DNA from: Formosa sp. Hel1_33_131
GTDB taxonomy: Bacteria; Bacteroidota; Bacteroidia; Flavobacteriales; Flavobacteriaceae
Assembly (NCBI RefSeq): GCF_001735745.1
Contig: NZ_CP017260.1
Location: forward strand, 1,290,001-1,322,000
Direction: 5' to 3'
Length of the DNA: 32,000 bases
How positions within the stretch are numbered: the first letter of the stretch is position 1; every line of letters starts with the position of its first letter. Shown in pieces: positions 6,112 to 13,630 of the stretch. The notes under the pieces were generated by a model. That model saw only the letters and a program-made list of their open reading frames with translations, had not been told where the DNA came from and made no database searches. The position numbers and the translations under genes are program-made.

Positions 6112-7782
6112 ATGAAGATAGATATCACCATAAAACACCGCTCCATTCAAAATTTACTTTTGAGTGTTTGCTGTATGCTCTTTTCTCTTGTGGGCTATGG
6201 GCAAGTGTACTCTAGTATCGATTCGACTGCTATAAAAATTGGTGCTGAATTATTTTATAAAATACAAGTAAAAACAGACTCCACCACACTCGTGGTATTC
6301 TCAGAAGAACAAACGTTTCAGCCCCTTGAAATGATCAACAGTTACGCAATTGATACTACCAAAAAAGAGGGGTATTATCAACTGACAAAGACTTATGGTC
6401 TGACTCAATTTGATTCTGGAGTTTATACCATTCCAAAACAAAAAATCATTATTGGAGACAAGGTCTTTTTTACAGATTCTTTACAAGTACAAGTAAATAC
6501 GGTGATAGTCGATACGACTAAGCAAAAGCTTTTTGATATCAAACCACTTATCGCAGTTGAAAAACATCGCTCGGGTATATGGGGGACGCTTGCGCTTATT
6601 CTACTTATATTATCACTCGTCGGCGGTGTATTATACTGGTTTATTTGGCGCAAAAAACCATTGACCGAAGCCGAAAAAATTGCAGCGCTCCCACCTTATG
6701 AGCGTGCCAAACTAGCCCTTGAAAAATTAGATGAAGAGCGTTATTTTGAAAATGAAGAGGTTAAAACGTACTATTCCGATCTGACTTTAATTTTGAGACA
6801 GTACCTCGATGAAAAGGTGTACGAACAATCACTTGAAAGTACAACAGACGAATTGGTGACACGTTTAAAAACACTGGAGGCCGCCAATCAAATCACGCTA
6901 AGTAAAGATACCATTCGGAATATAGAAACCATTTTGAAACGTGCCGATTTGGTGAAATTCGCCAAATCCAAACCCGATTTTCAACTCGCAAAACTCGACA
7001 AAAGTACCATCGAACTAGAAATTGATCATGTAAAAGACGGGCTTCCGGAGCCTACCGAAGAAGAGTTACTGAAAGATTTGGAATACCGTGAGGCACTCGC
7101 GCGTCAACAAAAGCGCAAAAGAATCAAACAAATTGTAGCCATCGTTGTTGGAGTCCTTTTAATCACACTAACAGCACTTGTGATCCGCTCTGGTTTTACA
7201 AAAGTCAAAGACACGGTCTTGAGAAATCCTAGTAAACTATTGTTAGAAAAAACTCCTTGGGTAACCAGTGAATATGGCGCGCCAGGTATTACCCTTTCAA
7301 CACCCGAAGTTTTAGAACGTCAGACTGTTGAACTGCCTGAAGAAATGAAAGGTAAAGTTCAAATGATCGCCTTTGCATACGCTGGAATCGACAAACCGAT
7401 AGATGTGGTTGTAAACAGTTCTAAGTTTGCTGCAAAACCAGATGAAAACGGCGAAGAAAAAGAAGTTCCCATTGATGTCCTAAAAGTGGCAGAAGGGGTC
7501 TTGGATACCTTTGAAGAAAAGGGCACGAAAAACATAACCACACGCAACGAACAGTTTATAACACCCAACGGGCAGGAGGGAGTTAAAACCTTTGGAACCG
7601 CAGAGTTTCTTATAGAGGACAAACTGATAAAAGGGGAATACATCATTTTAGGATTTTCGACACCCAATTTATTACAACAAGTGATATTGACTTGGAAAGA
7701 GGAGGATGTATATGCTGATCAAATGATAGAGCGTATTCTAAATTCTATCGAACTAATTAAACTAACAGAAGACGAAAAGTAA
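6112..7782 (+). CDS. Bat-operon membrane protein (BatD-like N-domain, two TM helices, DUF4381-like helical module, unknown C-domain)
   Basis: The ORF opens at GTG 6097, overlapping the DUF58 stop. ATG 6112 gives a signal-like N-terminus (MKIDITIKHRSIQNLLLSVCCMLFSLVGYGQ). TM helices lie at about aa 160-184 and 345-366 in track numbering. The stop overlaps the batA start (TAATG at 7780-7784). Confidence 0.7.
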   Translation: MKIDITIKHRSIQNLLLSVCCMLFSLVGYGQVYSSIDSTAIKIGAELFYKIQVKTDSTTLVVFSEEQTFQPLEMINSYAIDTTKKEGYYQLTKTYGLTQFDSGVYTIPKQKIIIGDKVFFTDSLQVQVNTVIVDTTKQKLFDIKPLIAVEKHRSGIWGTLALILLILSLVGGVLYWFIWRKKPLTEAEKIAALPPYERAKLALEKLDEERYFENEEVKTYYSDLTLILRQYLDEKVYEQSLESTTDELVTRLKTLEAANQITLSKDTIRNIETILKRADLVKFAKSKPDFQLAKLDKSTIELEIDHVKDGLPEPTEEELLKDLEYREALARQQKRKRIKQIVAIVVGVLLITLTALVIRSGFTKVKDTVLRNPSKLLLEKTPWVTSEYGAPGITLSTPEVLERQTVELPEEMKGKVQMIAFAYAGIDKPIDVVVNSSKFAAKPDENGEEKEVPIDVLKVAEGVLDTFEEKGTKNITTRNEQFITPNGQEGVKTFGTAEFLIEDKLIKGEYIILGFSTPNLLQQVILTWKEEDVYADQMIERILNSIELIKLTEDEK

Positions 7783-8780
7783 TGTTTAACGGAATCGATT
7801 TTACTCAAAAAGAATTTTTATGGCTGCTGCTATTAGTCCCTGTCTTGGTCTTTTGGTATGTACTGAAACTCAAAAAACAGACGGCTCAATTAAGCATTTC
7901 AAGTGTGCAGGGTTTTCAAAGAAATACCATTTGGAGTACGCTAAAACATACTTTATTTGGACTCAGAATGGCAGCGATTGTTTTGGTGGTTTTGGGCCTT
8001 GCGCGACCTCAAACGGTTGATGTGTCTTCCAAAACAAAAACAACCCGAGGCATTGACATCGTCATGGCGATAGATGTTTCTGCGAGTATGTTGGCAAAAG
8101 ATTTAAAGCCCAATCGGCTTGAAGCCCTAAAAAATGTGGCTGCTGACTTTATCAAAGGGCGTCCCAACGACCGAATTGGGCTTGTAGAATATGCGGGTGA
8201 AAGCTACACAAAAACACCGATTACTAGCGACAAGAGTATTGTGCTTCAATCGTTAAGAGATATAAAATACAATACCATAATCACGGGGGGGACCGCCATT
8301 GGAATGGGGCTTGCAACCGCCGTAAATCGCATCAAAGACAGCAAGGCAAAAAGTAAAATAATCATTCTTTTGACAGATGGCGTGAACAACGCTGGGTTTA
8401 TAGACCCTCAAACGGCCAGTGAATTAGCGGTTGAATATGGCATTAAAACATACACCATCGGATTGGGAACTAATGGGATGGCGTTGTCTCCAATTGCCAT
8501 TCGAAATGGGGTGTTTCAGTACGGAAAAGTTCAAGTGGAAATTGATGAAGAACTCTTAAAAGAAATTGCGGAGGTCACTGGCGGAAAATACTTTAGAGCA
8601 AACAACAATCGGAAATTAAAGGAAATTTATAAAGAGATTGACAAGCTCGAAAAAACGGAAGTAGAAGAATTTAAGTTTTATAATTATGAAGAAAAATTTA
8701 GACCTTTAATTTGGATCGCCCTAGGTGTATTGTTGTTTGAGTTTTTATTGCGATTTACAATATTTAGAAGTTTTATTTAG
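7782..8780 (+). CDS. batA: VWA-domain membrane protein BatA
   Basis: 332 aa. It has N-terminal TM helices, a VWA MIDAS motif (DIVMAIDVSASM) and a C-terminal TM. Its operon position matches Bacteroides batA. Confidence 0.88.
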   Translation: MFNGIDFTQKEFLWLLLLVPVLVFWYVLKLKKQTAQLSISSVQGFQRNTIWSTLKHTLFGLRMAAIVLVVLGLARPQTVDVSSKTKTTRGIDIVMAIDVSASMLAKDLKPNRLEALKNVAADFIKGRPNDRIGLVEYAGESYTKTPITSDKSIVLQSLRDIKYNTIITGGTAIGMGLATAVNRIKDSKAKSKIIILLTDGVNNAGFIDPQTASELAVEYGIKTYTIGLGTNGMALSPIAIRNGVFQYGKVQVEIDEELLKEIAEVTGGKYFRANNNRKLKEIYKEIDKLEKTEVEEFKFYNYEEKFRPLIWIALGVLLFEFLLRFTIFRSFI

Positions 8781-9818
8781 ATGTATCAATTAGAAGAAAA
8801 AATATGGTTTTGGCTGCTGCTCATCATCCCCGTGATGGTGGTGGTATTTCTGTGGACACTTCTCTGGAAAAAACGCGTTCAGAAAAAGTTTGGAAACACA
8901 AGTACCCTCAAACGGCTCAGTCCAGATCAGTCCGTATTTAAATCGGTACTTAAATTTTGTGTACTGTCCCTTTCTATAGGGTGTTTTGTGATTGCTTTGG
9001 TAAATCCAAAAATTGGCACAAAACTTGAGACCATCAAACGCGAAGGCGTCGATATTGTTTTTGCTATTGACGTTTCAAAAAGTATGCTTGCGGAAGATGT
9101 GGCACCCAATCGATTGGAAAAATCCAAACAGTTGGTTACACAAATTATAAATAATTTGGCAAGTGATCGCATTGGGATTATTGCATACGCTGGAAAAGCA
9201 TTCCCGCAACTGCCGATTACAACAGATTATGGCACGGCAAAAATGTTTTTGCAAAGCATGAATACCGATATGCTCTCCTCGCAAGGAACTGCGATTGATG
9301 AAGCCATTCAGTTGTCGCGAAATTATTTTGATGATGAAGAACAAACCAATAGAGTATTGGTCATCATTTCTGATGGAGAGGATCATAACGACCTCAGCGT
9401 AGAGGTTGCTGAAGCAGCTTCTGAAGAAGGTATCAAAATATACACCATTGGAGTTGGAAGTGAAAAAGGAGGGCCAATTCCACTGAAACGAAATGGGGTG
9501 GTAATGAGTTATAAAAAGGATAAAAATAACGAGACAGTTATTACAAAACTTAATACGGAAACCTTGAAGCTAGTTGCTGCAGAGGCAAAAGGAGAATATA
9601 TAGACGGCAACACCACTGCGGCAGTGGTGGAACAAATTCGTGACATTTTGAATAAGATGGACAAAAAAGAGTTTGAAGCCAAAGAATTTGCTGAATACAA
9701 AGATCAATTTCAATGGTTTTTAGGATTTGGCTTGTTTTTTTTAATTTTGGATATTTTATTTTTAGAACGAAAAACAGCTTGGCTGAAACGCCTCAATTTA
9801 TTTAACGAAAACCTATGA
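8781..9818 (+). CDS. batB: VWA-domain membrane protein BatB
   Basis: 345 aa. The MIDAS motif is DIVFAIDVSKSM and it has N- and C-terminal TM helices. It abuts the batA stop directly (TAG|ATG). Confidence 0.88.
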   Translation: MYQLEEKIWFWLLLIIPVMVVVFLWTLLWKKRVQKKFGNTSTLKRLSPDQSVFKSVLKFCVLSLSIGCFVIALVNPKIGTKLETIKREGVDIVFAIDVSKSMLAEDVAPNRLEKSKQLVTQIINNLASDRIGIIAYAGKAFPQLPITTDYGTAKMFLQSMNTDMLSSQGTAIDEAIQLSRNYFDDEEQTNRVLVIISDGEDHNDLSVEVAEAASEEGIKIYTIGVGSEKGGPIPLKRNGVVMSYKKDKNNETVITKLNTETLKLVAAEAKGEYIDGNTTAAVVEQIRDILNKMDKKEFEAKEFAEYKDQFQWFLGFGLFFLILDILFLERKTAWLKRLNLFNENL

Positions 9819-10693
9819 AGTACTTAAATAACATACTGAAAAATCTGGGGTTTGAACCCCGTCAATCGATGCCCGTTTTGAGTTCTTACGCCTTCGTATT
9901 ATTGTTTTTTCTGTTGACATTTACCGGTTCTGCTCAAGAAGTAGATCTTCAATTGTCTGAATCCAATGATTATGTATTTGAAGGAAATTCAATCGTGGAG
10001 GAAGATTTTATAGAAGCCGAAAAAAAATACCGCTTGGCAGTTTCAACAAAACAAAATAACGCCACAGGCTCTTTTAACTTAGGAAATGCCTATTACAATT
10101 CTGAGCTTTATGACGAAGCACTGCTGCGCCATTTAGAAGCTGTAGAGAACAGCAGTTCAAAAACTGAAAAACACAAGGCGTATCATAATATTGGTAATAT
10201 TTTAATGCAACAAAAACAATGCAAAGAAGCCGTTTCAGCTTTTAAAAATGCCTTAAGAAATAACCCTTCAGACGATGAAAGTCGCTATAATTTAGCGCTT
10301 GCTCAAGAATGTGCCAAAGAACAAGGCGACGGCGATGGTGACGACGAGGACAAGGATAAAGATAAGGACGAGAACAAAGACGAGAAAGACGACAGCGACG
10401 AGAAAAAAGATAAGGACGAGAAAAACAAAGACAAAGGGGGCGAAGACGAAGACAAAAACGAAGGAGACGATAAGGAAGATGAAGACGGAAAACCCAAAGA
10501 CGACAAAGGAGATCAGAAAAATAAAGACCCTAAAGATGACAAGGGTCAACCGCAGCAACAGCCTGGAAAACTATCTCCACAACAAGTAAAAAATTTACTT
10601 GAAGCGATGAATAATGAAGAGAAAAAAGTGCAAGAAAAAATGAATGCTTCTAAAACAAAAGGCGTTAAAGTTAAAACAGAAAAAGACTGGTAA
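9815..10693 (+). CDS. batC: TPR-repeat protein BatC with a D/E/K low-complexity tail
   Basis: 292 aa. It has a signal/TM segment, then TPR-like repeats (NLGNAYYNSELYDEALLRH, YHNIGNILMQQKQCKEAVSAFKNALR), then an acidic-lysine tract. ATGA overlap with batB at 9815-9818. Confidence 0.8.
   Translation: MKYLNNILKNLGFEPRQSMPVLSSYAFVLLFFLLTFTGSAQEVDLQLSESNDYVFEGNSIVEEDFIEAEKKYRLAVSTKQNNATGSFNLGNAYYNSELYDEALLRHLEAVENSSSKTEKHKAYHNIGNILMQQKQCKEAVSAFKNALRNNPSDDESRYNLALAQECAKEQGDGDGDDEDKDKDKDENKDEKDDSDEKKDKDEKNKDKGGEDEDKNEGDDKEDEDGKPKDDKGDQKNKDPKDDKGQPQQQPGKLSPQQVKNLLEAMNNEEKKVQEKMNASKTKGVKVKTEKDW
10322..10565 (+). repeat. Purine-rich low-complexity coding tract (GAC/GAT/GAA/AAA/AAG codons) inside batC
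   Basis: Encodes GDGDGDDEDKDKDKDENKDEKDDSDEKKDKDEKNKDKGGEDEDKNEGDDKEDEDGKPKDDKGDQKNKDPKDDKGQPQQQP. It generates three overlapping shadow ORFs in the track. Confidence 0.85.
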
Positions 10694-10696
10694 GGA

Positions 10697-12451
10697 ATGA
10701 AACTGAAACTATTTTTACTTACATTTTTCGTGTCCGGAATACTTTCGGCACAGGTATCCTTTGATGCAAAAGTGAGTAAAAAACAACTCGGGATCAATGA
10801 GCGTCTTCGAGTCGATTTTACTATGAACACAGACGGGGATGATTTTGAACCGCCCAGTTTTCAAAACTTTACAGTGGTTGGTGGGCCCAGTCAATCCATC
10901 AATAATTCTTGGATAAATGGAACGCGGTCGTTTTCAAAAAGTTATAGTTATTTTTTAGCACCCAAAAAACGAGGAGATTTTACTATTGGTCAGGCCACCA
11001 TTGAAATTGATGGAAAAATCTATAAAACCCTTCCAATAAAAATTACGGTCACCGCCGCAATTGACAAGCCTAAGGATCCCAACGACCCTGACTATATTGC
11101 TTCAGAAAAAATTCACTTGGTCGCTGAGGTTTCAAACACAAATCCGTATTTAAACGAAGCAATAACGGTGGTTTACAAACTTTATGTCGCTCAGAACACT
11201 GGTGTAAGAAACTGGCGAGAAATAGACAATCCGAGGTACGGTGATTTTTGGAGTCAAAACATTGATGTGAAGAGCGTGAACATTCAGAACGGCACTTATA
11301 AAGGGGAGGAGTACCGCTATGTGATCCTTAGAAAAACCGTTTTGTACCCTCAAAAAACAGGAAAATTAACTATTGAGCCGTTACCTCTTGATGTAACTGT
11401 TGAAGTTCCATCACAAAGGCGTGATGTTTTTGGAAGAAGTTTTATGAGCACGGTGAATAGAACCGTCGCAAGTGGGAATCGAACGATTAATGTAAAACCC
11501 CTCCCTGAAAATGGAAAACCAGAAGATTTTTCTGGAGCCGTTGGAAGTTTTAATTTTAAACTAACAACCAATAAACAAACACTAAAGGCTACCGAAGCGC
11601 TTGAATTAAAAGTTAGTGTCTCAGGAAAAGGCAATTTAAAACTCTTCAGACTTCCAAAATTGGTACTTCCTAGCGCACTAGAAGTCTATGAGCCTGAGCA
11701 TTCCGAAAACGTAAAAACGAGAACCTCGGGCATGCAAGGAAGCATTAGCGACACCTATACGGTCGTACCCAACTATCAAGGAAGTTATCCGATTCCTAAC
11801 GTCTCTTTTTCTTATTTTGATTTAAAAACAAAACGCTATAAAACATTAACTTCAGAACGGCTCATTATAGAGGTCAATGAAGGCCCAGTGAGCGCAAATA
11901 ATAATACTTCAGGAGTCGTCACAGAAAATGTCATTACTCAAAATTTGAATCAATTTAGTTCCTTCAAAACAACGACCACTTTGCTGCCGATTCAGTCCAA
12001 GCCTTTTTTTAACTCCAACTTGTTTTGGCTCTTATTGTTAGCCCCTTTCTTATTAATTCCACTTATTATGTTATTGGTTAGAAACCGAATGACACGCGCC
12101 TTGGATGTGAGTGGAAATAAAATTCGGAAAACAAATCGATTGGCACGAAAATATTTAAGTGCCGCAAAAAAATCCTTAGGTAAAAAAGAACAGTTTTATA
12201 ACGCACTTGAACGGGCGCTTCACAATTATTTGAAATCAAAATTACGCTTAGAAACCAGTGAGTTTAATAAAGAAAAGATCGAAGAATTGCTGGGAGATAA
12301 AAGTGTAAACAGTGACACCTTAGAGGGGTTTATGTCTCTTTTAACTTCTTGCGAGCTGGCAAGATACACCCCGCTTTCTACGGTTGACATGCAAAATGAT
12401 TATGGAAAAGCCGCCAGTGTAATTAATGCTTTAGACAAACAATTAAATTAA
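10697..12451 (+). CDS. batD: BatD (oxygen-tolerance family) protein
   Basis: 584 aa. It has a signal peptide (MKLKLFLLTFFVSGILSAQ), repeated beta-rich modules, and a single TM near aa 445-470. A cytoplasmic helical tail ends ...CELARYTP. It starts 3 nt after the batC stop. Confidence 0.85.
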   Translation: MKLKLFLLTFFVSGILSAQVSFDAKVSKKQLGINERLRVDFTMNTDGDDFEPPSFQNFTVVGGPSQSINNSWINGTRSFSKSYSYFLAPKKRGDFTIGQATIEIDGKIYKTLPIKITVTAAIDKPKDPNDPDYIASEKIHLVAEVSNTNPYLNEAITVVYKLYVAQNTGVRNWREIDNPRYGDFWSQNIDVKSVNIQNGTYKGEEYRYVILRKTVLYPQKTGKLTIEPLPLDVTVEVPSQRRDVFGRSFMSTVNRTVASGNRTINVKPLPENGKPEDFSGAVGSFNFKLTTNKQTLKATEALELKVSVSGKGNLKLFRLPKLVLPSALEVYEPEHSENVKTRTSGMQGSISDTYTVVPNYQGSYPIPNVSFSYFDLKTKRYKTLTSERLIIEVNEGPVSANNNTSGVVTENVITQNLNQFSSFKTTTTLLPIQSKPFFNSNLFWLLLLAPFLLIPLIMLLVRNRMTRALDVSGNKIRKTNRLARKYLSAAKKSLGKKEQFYNALERALHNYLKSKLRLETSEFNKEKIEELLGDKSVNSDTLEGFMSLLTSCELARYTPLSTVDMQNDYGKAASVINALDKQLN

Positions 12452-12455
12452 ACAG

Positions 12456-13202
12456 ATGAAGAAATTTCTTATTTTTTGGTTGATGTGTTTCGTTGGTTTT
12501 TCACAAACTACAGAGTCGTTTAAGCAAGCCAATGACCTTTACAATTCTGGCTACTATAAAGAAGCCATCGATCGGTATGACTCTATATTAGAATCGAATC
12601 AGCATTCTGCGGAGCTCTATTTTAATCTTGCCAACTGTTATTATAAATTAAATGAAATTGGCCCGAGTATCTTTTATTATGAAAAAGCGCTACAGCTGTC
12701 TCCAGACGATACGGACATTATAAACAACTTGGGCTATGCGCAAAAAATGTCCATTGACGCCATTCAAGAAGTTCCTGAAAGTGGGGTTTCAAAATTTTTA
12801 AATAAAACCCTCAACAGCTTAAGTGTGGACGGTTGGGCTACCCGAAGCGTAGGCTTGGTCTTTCTTTTTGTGTTTTTATTTTTAGGGTACTACCTTTCTC
12901 ACTCAGAGGCTAAAAAACGTGTATTTTTTATTTCAAGCAGTCTGGTTTTAATCTTACTATTTATATCTCTAAGTTTATTATTTAAAAAAGACAGCTTTGA
13001 CAACAGCACCCATCCAGCGATTGTTTTTGCCAAGGAGACAGAAGTGAGAGCGGAGCCAAACCTTAGAGCAGAAACGTCCTTTACTCTCCATGAAGGCACC
13101 AAGGTTTTGGTGATTGAGGATTATAATGAAGACTGGTCAAAAATAAAATTACTCAATGGCGAAACGGGTTGGATGGCGAGTTCGGAGTTAAAAGCGCTCT
13201 AA
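12456..13202 (+). CDS. batE: BatE-like TPR + SH3b protein
   Basis: 248 aa. TPR repeats are present (YNSGYYKEAIDRYDSIL, FNLANCYYKLNEIGPSIFYYEKALQLSP) along with TM segments. The C-terminus is SH3b-like (VRAEPNLRAETSFTLHEGTKVLVIEDYNEDWSKIKLLNGETGWMASSEL). Confidence 0.8.
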   Translation: MKKFLIFWLMCFVGFSQTTESFKQANDLYNSGYYKEAIDRYDSILESNQHSAELYFNLANCYYKLNEIGPSIFYYEKALQLSPDDTDIINNLGYAQKMSIDAIQEVPESGVSKFLNKTLNSLSVDGWATRSVGLVFLFVFLFLGYYLSHSEAKKRVFFISSSLVLILLFISLSLLFKKDSFDNSTHPAIVFAKETEVRAEPNLRAETSFTLHEGTKVLVIEDYNEDWSKIKLLNGETGWMASSELKAL

Positions 13203-13252
13203 TAAAAATATAAAATTTCATTTCATTTTTTATTCTATCTTTACAATTATCT

Positions 13253-13567
13253 ATGAAATTAATGAATATCACAAAATATTTTTCTTTTTTCTGTTCTCTG
13301 TTTTTTCTACTTAATATCATAGGTCCAACACTTGTACTTCTGAATTCAAATGATGAGGTGTCAACGGTTGTCATTTCACTAGAACAAGAAACTGAAACAA
13401 AAGACATCGAAGATGTTAAGGAGTTTACGGAGCTTGATTTTAATAAAACGCACTCTCAAGATGCGCATTCATTTATAACACAGCAATCGTTATCCTTTGT
13501 ATTTTATAATAAGGCTCTAAGAGAAACTCATTTAGAAAACACATCACCCCCTCCAAAATTTATATAG
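13253..13567 (+). CDS. Hypothetical small membrane-anchored or secreted protein
   Basis: 104 aa. It has an N-terminal hydrophobic segment (YFSFFCSLFFLLNIIGPTLVLL) and an acidic middle, with no recognised family. It lies 50 nt after batE and is followed by an 8-bp hairpin at 13588-13606. Confidence 0.4.
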   Translation: MKLMNITKYFSFFCSLFFLLNIIGPTLVLLNSNDEVSTVVISLEQETETKDIEDVKEFTELDFNKTHSQDAHSFITQQSLSFVFYNKALRETHLENTSPPPKFI

Positions 13568-13630
13568 ATTACATTCTGTATCTACAAACAAAGAGCTTCT
13601 CTTTGTGAATTTCAATCTAATATTATTACA

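Noticed and set aside
10292-10589. Three overlapping ORFs in the track (10292-10558 minus, 10299-10589 plus, 10303-10506 minus) inside batC
   Set aside because: They are shadow frames of the purine-rich low-complexity tract. Their translations are monotone (F/V/L-rich, K/T/R-rich, S/L-rich), and the batC frame is continuous with its TPR domain.
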